IMG/VR virus record: IMGVR_UViG_3300025087_000039
Span: 62,001 to 125,597 of that record
Length of the DNA: 63,597 nucleotides
Reading direction: 5' to 3' (one strand)
From: an uncultured virus (IMG/VR IMGVR_UViG_3300025087_000039)
Lineage: Duplodnaviria > Heunggongvirae > Uroviricota > Caudoviricetes
A program made the position numbers and the translations under genes. Each line of letters begins with the position of its first letter. Positions within the stretch are counted from its first letter, which is position 1. This document shows positions 19,880 to 29,385 of this stretch, one piece after another. Under the pieces are notes generated by a model. The model made no database searches. It was not told where the DNA came from and saw only the letters and a program-made list of their open reading frames with translations.

Positions 19880-20909
19880 AATTCAAATTGTAAATTGGCT
19901 TTTAACGAGGCGATGTAATTTAAATTGTTCATATTGTCGAATATCTGATCCAAAATATAAAAATAGAAATTATCCATCATTTAAATATTTTATAAATTAT
20001 GAAATGTCCACCCAATATGTTCTTGATTCATTAGATATTTTAAAAGAACATAATCCAAATTGTTTTCATATTTTTTATGGTGGAGAGCCTTTTTTAAGAA
20101 AAGACTTAATTGAGATTATTGATTTTTGCAATAAGAAAAATATTCATTATACAATTATCTCAAATAATAGTGATCAAGTTCAAGAACGAATAATTAAATT
20201 GATTGATAATGTTGAAGTTAAAGGTTTTACTTCATCCGTTGATCCAGTTTTATTTTCTACAAACTATGATAAAGATCGATATGAAAAAAGTAAAAAAGGT
20301 CTTGAACGTTTAACAAAATTAACGGAGAAAATAAAAGACGTTGTAGCCGAGGTTACGATAGATAGAGAAACGATAAATTATTTAAAGCCTTTATTAAAAG
20401 ATTTAACCAACAGAAAAATTTCTAGCAGCGTGACATCTATAGATATTGCAAAGAATGATTTTTATGATTTTTCAAATGTAACAGATAAAAATTTATTAGT
20501 ATTGCCTGATGAAAACACAAAGAAAATTTTTGATGAAATAAAACAAGAAGACTTTAATATTCATATGGGAAAAGAATTTTTAGATAGATTATTTGAAATA
20601 TTACCCTCAAACTACGATTGTAAATTAGAAGAAGATCTTCATAATATTACAATTGATTCGGACGGTTCATTGAGATTGTGTTTAAGAATTATGGGATACG
20701 TTGGGTTACCTTTTAAAATTCAAAATATTTTTAATTCGGATTTAACCTTTAATAAAGGTTTTTTAGAATTATTAAAAGAGGATAAAAAGAGATTTTGTCA
20801 AGGTTGTAATTGGACATGCCCGATATTTAGCAAACTTTCTCAAAAAGATGAATATAGGGATTTAGTCATCCATACAAAAAATAGGGAGAATGAAAATGGA
20901 AATCATTGA
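19872..20909 (+). CDS. radical SAM protein with C-terminal Cys cluster
   Basis: CNLNCSYC, GGEPF, IDSDG..RLC, CQGCNWTC. Confidence 0.9.
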   Translation: MDRIQIVNWLLTRRCNLNCSYCRISDPKYKNRNYPSFKYFINYEMSTQYVLDSLDILKEHNPNCFHIFYGGEPFLRKDLIEIIDFCNKKNIHYTIISNNSDQVQERIIKLIDNVEVKGFTSSVDPVLFSTNYDKDRYEKSKKGLERLTKLTEKIKDVVAEVTIDRETINYLKPLLKDLTNRKISSSVTSIDIAKNDFYDFSNVTDKNLLVLPDENTKKIFDEIKQEDFNIHMGKEFLDRLFEILPSNYDCKLEEDLHNITIDSDGSLRLCLRIMGYVGLPFKIQNIFNSDLTFNKGFLELLKEDKKRFCQGCNWTCPIFSKLSQKDEYRDLVIHTKNRENENGNH

Positions 20910-21195
20910 CAAGGCTATTGATTTTATTCGTATTTTGAGAGTTGATGAATCAAAAGTTTCTTTTATTAAAAAAGACGGAACTGCAAGAATAATGAAATGC
21001 ACTTTAGATTTTGATAAGATACCAAAAGAAAAGAGACCAAAAGGAATTGATATTACAAAAATTTTAAGTTTGATAAGCAAGTCAAATCTTTTACATGTTT
21101 TTGATCTCGAGAAAAAAGAATGGAGATCTATACCTTTTGACAGGACTGAATATGTTGAAAACGGGAATAAAAAATTTAAAATAAGCATAAGATAG
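20890..21195 (+). CDS. WYL_2/DUF2693-like SH3-fold protein
   Basis: VSFIKKDGTARIMKCTL...VFDLEKKEWRSI. Confidence 0.75.
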   Translation: MKMEIIDKAIDFIRILRVDESKVSFIKKDGTARIMKCTLDFDKIPKEKRPKGIDITKILSLISKSNLLHVFDLEKKEWRSIPFDRTEYVENGNKKFKISIR

Positions 21196-21209
21196 AAAGG
21201 GCTTAAAAA

Positions 21210-21572
21210 ATGATAATGAAGCCTTTAATCGGTCAAATAGTTTTAGATATATATGGAAAAAAAGTTTGGATCAATTCAATAGGTGGTTGTATTTTACGAA
21301 TTAATAATGTTAATTTTGTAAGAAATAATAATGAAGAACTGGATGAAAATATTATAGAAAAATTCAATATGATAGATATTAATTGTTCAGATAGTAATAG
21401 CGCTGTTGTATTAAATAATAATATAGGAAGTGAAAAAAATATAAATAAATTTACGTTTTTAGAAAAGAGTTTATTTTGTTTATCTCAAATAGACAATGAA
21501 GAACTTCAAAAAGAAATAATAGATTTTTTTGAAAAGGTTAGAACGAAAGGGCTAACAACGGATGGAAAATAA
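21210..21572 (+). CDS. hypothetical protein
   Basis: 120 aa ORF overlapping the start of the E2-like gene. Confidence 0.6.
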   Translation: MIMKPLIGQIVLDIYGKKVWINSIGGCILRINNVNFVRNNNEELDENIIEKFNMIDINCSDSNSAVVLNNNIGSEKNINKFTFLEKSLFCLSQIDNEELQKEIIDFFEKVRTKGLTTDGK

Positions 21573-23919
21573 TTGGATCTATAAGTTAGATTCAAGAATA
21601 GTTATCGATAAAAATTTTGTGATAAAGGAATATGGTTATAAAAAAGATGATCTATTTTTAAAACTTGGAGATGTAAAATTTCCTGCTGCAAAATTTTCAA
21701 ATCAATTTATTAATAAAGATTCAGAAGATTTATTGATGTTACCTGGGGTTAGGTTTTTGAAAAAAATTTCTGGAAATCAATGGAAATTTTTATTTGAGGA
21801 ACCTCCTCAAATAAAAACAGTTTATGTTTCACCAGCATTGATTGATTATGAAAAAGGAATGATACAGAATCCAGAAATTGTTGAACTCTTTTTGAAAAAT
21901 ATTTATAAAATAAAGGGACGATATGCGGTTCGATTATCTTTTCCTTTTGTCATCTTTACTGGGGTAATTAGAAAAATAAAGGAAAATGTTTTTGACTCAA
22001 TGTCATTATCAGCTTACATTGCTCCAAGACAATTAAATAGTTTTGATGATAAATTATATTTGCCACCTTTGTCAAATATTATGTTTACTGGATCGGTATG
22101 TTGCCCGAGAACTTCTGGAGATACGATAGGGAGCACAATTTTAAATCAATTAAGAGTTTTTTGGGAATCTGAATTTAATACAGATTATTATAATGGAAGA
22201 AAATATACAAGTGAAAGTGGAAATGAGTTAGGAACAATTTTAGCTTGGAATTATAATACAAAGATTGATCCATTATTTATTTATGATAAAAAATTTGTCC
22301 AAGCGGATTCTTTGTTGAGTAATCTTTTTAATGGTGAAAATTTAATAACTGTTAAAACTCTTTTTGAAAGAATACAAAGTTCTTTTTCGAATATTGAATC
22401 AGATAATTTTTCTAGGATAGAAAGAACATTGACATATTTAGAAATTCAGAAAGATAATAATATTATCAGGTTGGATATTGGTGATGAGATTGTAATAGGG
22501 GATAAAGTTTTATATATTTTAAATATATTTTTAGAAAACAATATATCTGTTATAGATTATGACACAAATGAAACGAAAGAAATTAAATTAACAAAGAAAA
22601 TTTCTCATGATACTTATGATTATTATATTAAGAAAAAGTTTTTGATTAATAATTTAGAATTTTCTAGAGGAGATTTAATTCATATCACTTCTCCTATGAA
22701 TTATTTTGGATCGATTAATAGAATTGTCCAAAGGGCAGATGGAAGTCAATATTTAAAATTAGATAATAGTTATTTTAATTTTAATATCAAAAATTTAGTT
22801 TTTGAAAAATATCAAGATTCTAGTAAAGATTATTGTGGTGAGTCAATCAAATTAAATAAGAAATATTTTTATTTCAGGTCAGGTCATACTCCTTATGAAA
22901 TTGAATTGTCAGATATTTTTATAAAAGATGGAAATATAATGTATAAAACTTTAAGAGATGGATATAATAATAATAATACCATTATCCCAGATACAAAAAA
23001 TCTCGTTCCTATAGAAAAAGTTAAAACACACAAAGAAGAGTTTTTCTATAACGGAGCACAGATTTTTCATATAAGCGAATATTATAGTATCGATGATTAT
23101 AAGTTTGTAGATAACGGCTTCGACCTTTTTTTAGATTTTTCAAATGTTTTAAAAAATAATTCGATAAATATTTCTGGTAGAAAGAATTTTTCTTTTAAAG
23201 AGGGTGATCTTGTTATCGAAACAAGAAATACAAAATATAAAGTATATGAAATCAAAAAAATTACATCTTCAAGAAATAATAATTTAGAGGTCACTTATCA
23301 AGATGGTAAAATATCTCCTCTACTTATTTATAATACAAATGTTAATCCATTTATAAATAAATTTTATATGAAATACAATGAGTTATATAGCGGTATAGAA
23401 TTTAAAGCAATAAATAGTGATATTCCCGGTTTTGTAAAAAATAAAATATACAAATTAATAGGTTTTGTAGATGGATTTAAAAATATTCCACTGTGTTACA
23501 TGTCAAATGGAATGACTGTTTGGCCACACAATTTAATTCAATCTTTTAATGTCGTTTCAATAAATGAATTGAAAATTGAAGATTTAAATAGTCATGCAAT
23601 AGGAGAGAAATTTCCTAAAGTTGAAGGCCCAAAAGCAAGAGTCCCTCATTTGGACGGAGAAGTGTCCTTCAAATATATAAACGGAAGATTTACAGAAAAA
23701 ATTATAAATGGACAAATAAAATTGTACATGGGAGAAAAAAACTTTATTCCAAAAATAGATGAAGACGATTTAGATAATCAAATTTGTAGAGGAATAATTT
23801 TTCCAAGGTTGACTGGTGAAAAAAATGTATTTTTAAATCAAAATTACATAGAACATAATTTATTAGGGCTGATTCCGAATTATTTTATTCCTGAAGAGGT
23901 TTTAAAAGGAGCAGCTTAA
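21562..23919 (+). CDS. large protein with prokaryotic E2 family D (PRTRC protein B)-like domain, paralog 1
   Basis: LSFPFVIF..LYLPPLSNIMFTGSVCC..FWESEFN pattern; next to JAB, ThiF and Ubl genes. Confidence 0.7.
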   Translation: MENNWIYKLDSRIVIDKNFVIKEYGYKKDDLFLKLGDVKFPAAKFSNQFINKDSEDLLMLPGVRFLKKISGNQWKFLFEEPPQIKTVYVSPALIDYEKGMIQNPEIVELFLKNIYKIKGRYAVRLSFPFVIFTGVIRKIKENVFDSMSLSAYIAPRQLNSFDDKLYLPPLSNIMFTGSVCCPRTSGDTIGSTILNQLRVFWESEFNTDYYNGRKYTSESGNELGTILAWNYNTKIDPLFIYDKKFVQADSLLSNLFNGENLITVKTLFERIQSSFSNIESDNFSRIERTLTYLEIQKDNNIIRLDIGDEIVIGDKVLYILNIFLENNISVIDYDTNETKEIKLTKKISHDTYDYYIKKKFLINNLEFSRGDLIHITSPMNYFGSINRIVQRADGSQYLKLDNSYFNFNIKNLVFEKYQDSSKDYCGESIKLNKKYFYFRSGHTPYEIELSDIFIKDGNIMYKTLRDGYNNNNTIIPDTKNLVPIEKVKTHKEEFFYNGAQIFHISEYYSIDDYKFVDNGFDLFLDFSNVLKNNSINISGRKNFSFKEGDLVIETRNTKYKVYEIKKITSSRNNNLEVTYQDGKISPLLIYNTNVNPFINKFYMKYNELYSGIEFKAINSDIPGFVKNKIYKLIGFVDGFKNIPLCYMSNGMTVWPHNLIQSFNVVSINELKIEDLNSHAIGEKFPKVEGPKARVPHLDGEVSFKYINGRFTEKIINGQIKLYMGEKNFIPKIDEDDLDNQICRGIIFPRLTGEKNVFLNQNYIEHNLLGLIPNYFIPEEVLKGAA

Positions 23920-26363
23920 TGCTGAAAAAGCAGATTTTCATATGCGGAAATGAAGCTGGAATAAACTATTTAAACGGTACGACTATTTTTGCAAAAAAAT
24001 CATGGTTCTATCAACCAATAGCAGAAAAACCTTTTCAATTAACAAAAGAAATGTCAGAATTGGATTTTTATATTTCTGATTCTAATAAAAATAAATATAT
24101 TGTTTTTCATGATGAACCACAAAAAAGAACAATACGCCTTCATAGCTATTTAGTTCAGAGACATTTAGAAGAATTAAATGAAATAAATCCTGAAGGGTTT
24201 AAAACATTACGTGAAATAAAAAAGAATGAATTGATTGAACCGATGAACTTTTTTCTTTCGTTTCCTTATATTTATTTTGGAGCAAAATTATTTGAAGATG
24301 AAGGTGATATTCATGCTGAAAGGGTTTGTGCATTTGTCTCTAAAACTCCAATTAAATCTATGGAAGAAAAAGTATTTAGAGTTCCATTACCTAATATAGA
24401 GCCTAGTGGAAAAATTTGTATGGGAACAGGAATTAGAAGCAAAAATATTTCTGGACTTATAAAAACAATACGAACGGTATTTTGGACATCGACATTTAAT
24501 GATGATATTTTACAAAATGTTATTGCATATTCATCATATCCAACATTCAAAAACTTTTTTCAGTGGCAAATTCTAACAAAAAGCTCAGAAGAAAATATAG
24601 CTTTGAAATCTAAATATGTCCAAATTGGATCATTATATGATGCTTTAGTTTTTGGAAGATCTCAGAATAATCGACCGTCTGAGGAACCTGTAAGACGTCA
24701 AAGTTCTGAAGATTATAATTATAATAATTTTGAAGATTTATATCACTCAATTTTAAAAAAAATGGAACCTAAAAAGATTTCTTTATATGGCAAGGAATAT
24801 TATGTATATTCTACAAATTTTTACTATGGGGAGCCATTTTATTTATCAAAAAAGAAAAAAACATTTTTCTTAGCTTGTGTTCATGATAATAGAAGATTAT
24901 ATTTTATTTTAGAAAAAAATAAATATGGCAATACAGATCGTGAAAAATATTTTCTTATTAAACTTAGTGGTAAAAAGGATATGGATTTTTATATTAAAAA
25001 AAGAGGTATTCTTCATAAAAACACAGAAATTATAGTTGGGGGAATTCCATTTAAAAAAGATGATATGGTAAAAAATGAGAATCATATTAAAGATAATTTT
25101 TCTTTAATTTCAATGGTTTATACAGATTCTGATGGAAATAATGTTTATATAAAAGATAATTCTAATTTAACTTTTTTCATTAATAATGATAATACAATTA
25201 AAAAATTTATTCTAACAGATTGTTTTGATAAGCCAATAGATGGTAATAAAATATATTATAATCTTGATAATGTTCCTGGAACTAATTTATTAATTGGAGA
25301 TATGAGATTTTATGGGAGAGATTTGAAAGTTCAAAGTAATGGAAGCAATACATATCTTTCTTATAATAAAAATTTAATAGCAATAAAAAATATTATTTTA
25401 GCAGAGGATGTCGAAAAATTTACATGTATTGATAAGAAATTAGGTTTCATAGATAATCGTTCTAGAATATCTATGGGCGTAAATGTCTGTACATATGAGG
25501 ATGAAATATATTTAATAAAAAATACGTCAAGTTTTTGTCCCAATTTGAGAAAATTCTTTAAAGACGATAAAGTACAAATTGGTGGAATCACTGATTTTAA
25601 TTTACCTCTTAACGAAATATTCTTCTTTGGGCATGAATTTTTATTTGGAATTGATAGATTTAAGGAATATAGTTCTGAGTATATAACTGGACTTAAACAA
25701 AGACATGCCGTCATAGATTCAAATTGTAGTATTTTTAATCCTTTTATAAGGAAATTTTATACAAGTTATTTTAATTTACATACTGGAATGGTTATGAGAT
25801 ATATTTCAGGTTTGCCTAATTTTATAGAAAATGAAGAATATTGTATTTTAGGCTTTGTTGATGGTTTTATTGATATGGCCAAAAATATAAGAATTCCAGC
25901 CATTTTCATGTCAAATGGCGTTACGATATGGCCTCAAGATTTGATTAGATTTTTTCAATTTACAGAAAAGAAGAATGAAATTGATCTAGAGAAGTTTCAA
26001 TTCACTAATCATGTTCATTCGACTTTTCAAAAAGGAGATTTATTGTTTAAAAGATCAGCTTTTTATTTACATGATGATCAACCAGATTCAAATGAATTTG
26101 ATTGGTATAATTTCAATACTATTTGTGAATCGGCAATAGATTCAAAGATTAAAAGTATAAATTTATTTTTAAGACCAATTGTGTATCCAAGAGTTCCCTT
26201 AAATGAAGAAGGAACAAAAGATAGAGTTTTTATTGGACAAAGATGTATTACAAACTGTCCTAAAACTTTTGATTTAGAAGAAAAATATTTATATCCTTAT
26301 AAACCGGAATTTATAGATTCAAAAGTTCTTGATAAGTTTGTTTCGAAAAAGAAAGGAAAGTAA
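23919..26363 (+). CDS. large protein with prokaryotic E2 family D-like domain, paralog 2
   Basis: LSFPYIYF..VFRVPLPNIEPSGKICMG..FWTSTFN; shares GFVDGF..MSNG.T.WP..LI..F block with paralog 1. Confidence 0.75.
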   Translation: MLKKQIFICGNEAGINYLNGTTIFAKKSWFYQPIAEKPFQLTKEMSELDFYISDSNKNKYIVFHDEPQKRTIRLHSYLVQRHLEELNEINPEGFKTLREIKKNELIEPMNFFLSFPYIYFGAKLFEDEGDIHAERVCAFVSKTPIKSMEEKVFRVPLPNIEPSGKICMGTGIRSKNISGLIKTIRTVFWTSTFNDDILQNVIAYSSYPTFKNFFQWQILTKSSEENIALKSKYVQIGSLYDALVFGRSQNNRPSEEPVRRQSSEDYNYNNFEDLYHSILKKMEPKKISLYGKEYYVYSTNFYYGEPFYLSKKKKTFFLACVHDNRRLYFILEKNKYGNTDREKYFLIKLSGKKDMDFYIKKRGILHKNTEIIVGGIPFKKDDMVKNENHIKDNFSLISMVYTDSDGNNVYIKDNSNLTFFINNDNTIKKFILTDCFDKPIDGNKIYYNLDNVPGTNLLIGDMRFYGRDLKVQSNGSNTYLSYNKNLIAIKNIILAEDVEKFTCIDKKLGFIDNRSRISMGVNVCTYEDEIYLIKNTSSFCPNLRKFFKDDKVQIGGITDFNLPLNEIFFFGHEFLFGIDRFKEYSSEYITGLKQRHAVIDSNCSIFNPFIRKFYTSYFNLHTGMVMRYISGLPNFIENEEYCILGFVDGFIDMAKNIRIPAIFMSNGVTIWPQDLIRFFQFTEKKNEIDLEKFQFTNHVHSTFQKGDLLFKRSAFYLHDDQPDSNEFDWYNFNTICESAIDSKIKSINLFLRPIVYPRVPLNEEGTKDRVFIGQRCITNCPKTFDLEEKYLYPYKPEFIDSKVLDKFVSKKKGK

Positions 26364-27478
26364 TGTTCCCAATATATTTATACGATGATAAAAAACTAAT
26401 ACCAAAAGAAGACATTGCATATCTTATCGGAAAAAATGGAATTTTTATTAAAAAACATTCTCCTATCGTTGATGCTTTGGTTCCGGTCGATAAAATTTCT
26501 TGTCTGGAAGAAATCAAAAGTTATGGGGTAATAAACGTTCCAAAATTACCTAAAGAAATAGGGGGATTAACTTATAAATTTATGAAAAAAATGTATGAAA
26601 AATATCATTCAGAAAGTATTGTAATGCTTTTTTATTCTCCGGAAAAAGGGTTTAGATTATATTGTCCCTTTCAAAATATTTCATCTGCTTCAATTAAATA
26701 TTTAAAGCCTAAAACTTTTAGGGGGTATACATTAATTGGAACTATTCATAGTCATGCTGGATTTTCAGCATTTCATTCCGGAGTCGATGATTCAGATGAA
26801 TTTGGTTTTGATGGGTTACATGTCACTTTTGGAAATTTTAGTGATGAAAAAACTTTTACAATTTCTTGTAGTTGTGTGGTAAATGGAAAAAGGTTTATGT
26901 ATGATCCCAAAGATTATTTTGAGGGCTTAACGGTTATAAAGGAGTTTACAAAAACATGGGATTATCGCATCCAAGGATATAATACAACTCCTTCAAATAA
27001 ATTTATGTTTAAAGAAAAAGATTTAAAGAAAATTAATATTCCCACCTGTTGGGATCGAAGAATAAATCAGCCGAAAATTTCTCAACTTAAAGAAAATATT
27101 GGAGAACTTAAAGTAAATGATTTTCAATACAGTGGACGTTTTAGTGGGGCTTATAGAGAATTTTATGAAGGTTATGGAGATTATTTATTTGGAGCTGGTG
27201 GCTCCAATTATTATAAAAATTATGGGTTAATTGATTGGGCTGGAAAAACGCCAACCACCGATCAAAAATTACGACATGAAAATCAAAAGAAAATAAATGC
27301 ACTAACTGAGTTTTATAAAACTGAAGATTTTGAACCAAGTATGTTGGTCGATGAATTGATAGATAGAGGTCTTTGTTTTGAAATTGATAGGGATCAACTT
27401 GAAGCGGTTATCGATACATTTTTTAATGGAGAAATAGTTGAGGATGATGCTGAAGAAGGAGGTCTTGCTGTTTCATGA
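26363..27478 (+). CDS. JAB/JAMM metallo-isopeptidase (PRTRC protein A-like)
   Basis: YLIGKNGIF, catalytic E in HSESIV, JAMM motif GTIHSHAGFSAFHSGVDDSDE, GLHVTFG. Confidence 0.9.
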   Translation: MFPIYLYDDKKLIPKEDIAYLIGKNGIFIKKHSPIVDALVPVDKISCLEEIKSYGVINVPKLPKEIGGLTYKFMKKMYEKYHSESIVMLFYSPEKGFRLYCPFQNISSASIKYLKPKTFRGYTLIGTIHSHAGFSAFHSGVDDSDEFGFDGLHVTFGNFSDEKTFTISCSCVVNGKRFMYDPKDYFEGLTVIKEFTKTWDYRIQGYNTTPSNKFMFKEKDLKKINIPTCWDRRINQPKISQLKENIGELKVNDFQYSGRFSGAYREFYEGYGDYLFGAGGSNYYKNYGLIDWAGKTPTTDQKLRHENQKKINALTEFYKTEDFEPSMLVDELIDRGLCFEIDRDQLEAVIDTFFNGEIVEDDAEEGGLAVS

Positions 27479-28167
27479 ATATAAAAATTATAGGGTTGGG
27501 TGGAATAGGAACAGTTTTTTCTGAATTGGTAACGAGATATTTAACATATTCTGGAATTAATAATATTTCAATTTGTTTTATTGACGGTGATTCTTTTGAA
27601 AGAAAAAATTCTGAAAGACAAATTTTTCAAAATCTTGGGAATAAAGCAGAGATAAAATTTAGAGAAATTAATAATCCGATGGGAAGTATTAATTATACAT
27701 ATATTCCGGAATATATTAATGAAAATAATATCAACAGAATTATTTTTGAGGATGACATTGTATTTTTGTGTGTTGATAATCACGCAACAAGAAAATTAGT
27801 CTCAGATCATTGTGTATTGTTAAGGAACATAATATTAATATCTGGTGGCAATGAACTTTTGGATGGCAATGTTCAAATTTTTATTAGGAAAGATAACAAA
27901 AATATTACCCCAACCATAACTGATTATCATCCAGAGATCAATGAGCCATTGGATAAAAACCCCAATGATATGAGTTGCGAAGAATTATCAAGATTATCAG
28001 AACCCCAAATTTTCTTTACAAACGCTGGAGTCGCAATTTTTATGTGTTTTTCATTTTATAATATTTTAAATCAAAAAGATTTTAATGTTTCTGAAGTTTA
28101 TTTTGATATTCCGAAACTTGTGTCTGATTCAAAAATTAGGTCTCCATATGTCAGAAAGCATGCTTAA
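27475..28167 (+). CDS. ThiF/E1-like adenylating enzyme
   Basis: IIGLGGIG, IDGDSFERKNSERQ, CVDNHATR, SGGN, candidate catalytic Cys in MSCEE. Confidence 0.92.
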   Translation: MNIKIIGLGGIGTVFSELVTRYLTYSGINNISICFIDGDSFERKNSERQIFQNLGNKAEIKFREINNPMGSINYTYIPEYINENNINRIIFEDDIVFLCVDNHATRKLVSDHCVLLRNIILISGGNELLDGNVQIFIRKDNKNITPTITDYHPEINEPLDKNPNDMSCEELSRLSEPQIFFTNAGVAIFMCFSFYNILNQKDFNVSEVYFDIPKLVSDSKIRSPYVRKHA

Positions 28168-28252
28168 AAATTAAGTTTTTCGTTTTTTTACCTTCTGTTT
28201 TCCTCGCAGCAAAAACAAAACCACGAAGTACCACAAGAAAGGGTCTCACACC

Positions 28253-28690
28253 ATGTATACCGCCGAACAGCTGTCCGCCATGACCGTTCGTGAACTCCGT
28301 GACATCTGCGTCAGCCGTGGGATCACCGGGATGTCCAAGCGCCGGAAGGATGAGATCATCAGCGCCATCCTGGCCAACACCCGGAACGACGAAGCGGGTC
28401 AGCCTGGCCCCACCGCAATCCGTGGGCTCCAGTATGACGCGACCAGCACCCGGGTGTCCGGTGGGAACCAGATCACAACGACCATCCGGGTCACCTCCGG
28501 TGCAAGCTCGGGGAACTACCCCGTCGTCGGGAAGACCGTGGGCGAGGTTTCTCGCTTCCTGGCGGAAGCCCTCAACATCGACCGGATGGCCCAGGGTATC
28601 GTGAACGGTGACGTGAAGGACGACAACTACGTTCTCCAGGCCAACGACTCCCTCGAGTTCCTGAAGCCTGCCGGACGGAAGGGTTTCTAA
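28253..28690 (+). CDS. Rho-N-terminal-like domain fused to ubiquitin-like (beta-grasp) protein
   Basis: N-term LSAMTVRELRDIC..GITGMSKRRKDEIISAIL (Rho_N-like); C-term GKTVGEV..LNI..VNG..DDNYVL..DSLEFLKPAGRKGF; about 63% GC. Confidence 0.85.
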   Translation: MYTAEQLSAMTVRELRDICVSRGITGMSKRRKDEIISAILANTRNDEAGQPGPTAIRGLQYDATSTRVSGGNQITTTIRVTSGASSGNYPVVGKTVGEVSRFLAEALNIDRMAQGIVNGDVKDDNYVLQANDSLEFLKPAGRKGF

Positions 28691-28700
28691 ACCATCTAAC

Positions 28701-28732
28701 CATGAGGGGGGCTTCGGCCCCCCTCATGTTTT
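28701..28732 (+). terminator. intrinsic terminator with C(UUCG)G loop
   Basis: perfect 12 bp stem CATGAGGGGGGC-TTCG-GCCCCCCTCATG followed by TTTT. Confidence 0.9.
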
Positions 28733-28746
28733 AAAAGGGAATAAAA

Positions 28747-29385
28747 ATGACATTTTTTATTTTTTCTATTGTGGTGTTGTTTATGGCAGCGTTTTTACTT
28801 AAAATCCTAAAATTGAAGAAAAATAATAATATTATAGAAGCTGATTATATTGTAGAAGATTCATTAAATTTATGGGAAAAGTATTTTAGTAAAAGAATTG
28901 TATATGTTTTTAGGAAAAATTTTTTAGGTAAATTTATGACAATATGTCTTTTTCTTGATAGCGAAGGTAATGTTTTGTCCAGGGGTATTTCAATTTGTTC
29001 CTTAGATGATAATATGACAAATTATGGAGGAATTTCATTATCTGCGTCTAGAGCGTATAATGCGTTTATCACCACAAAAAATTCAGAAAGAATAATTCCA
29101 AGAAAAATGAAAAATTATACAAGAAGATATAATTTTAAAACAATTGAAGAAAGAGATATTTTTATAAAAGATATTGAACTAGAATTGGAAAGACTTTTAT
29201 TACCTCATGAATATTCTTTAAAAATAAGAAACTTAACTTTACATCTGACGATTCCTAAAAGTTATTTACTATTTTTTGCTAAACAATATTATGAATATAA
29301 ATCTGAATATCAACCTTTATTTTTAACGGAAGAAGAAAAACAAGAAATCAACAAAAGGATTGAAAAAGAAAGATTGAAAAAATGA
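28747..29385 (+). CDS. hypothetical protein with N-terminal hydrophobic segment
   Basis: MTFFIFSIVVLFMAAFLL; SRGISICS motif. Confidence 0.65.
   Translation: MTFFIFSIVVLFMAAFLLKILKLKKNNNIIEADYIVEDSLNLWEKYFSKRIVYVFRKNFLGKFMTICLFLDSEGNVLSRGISICSLDDNMTNYGGISLSASRAYNAFITTKNSERIIPRKMKNYTRRYNFKTIEERDIFIKDIELELERLLLPHEYSLKIRNLTLHLTIPKSYLLFFAKQYYEYKSEYQPLFLTEEEKQEINKRIEKERLKK

Noticed and set aside
28290..28604. Alternative-frame 104 aa ORF inside the Ubl gene
   Set aside because: Pro/Ser/Arg-rich shadow expected from high GC3; the 28253 frame has the RBS and recognisable domains
26363..28690. CBASS Cap2/Cap3 or ThiS/MoaD sulfur-carrier pathway
   Set aside because: No CD-NTase or effector and no thiamine/molybdopterin genes nearby; E2-like genes and a GxKG-type Ubl point to a conjugation-type system
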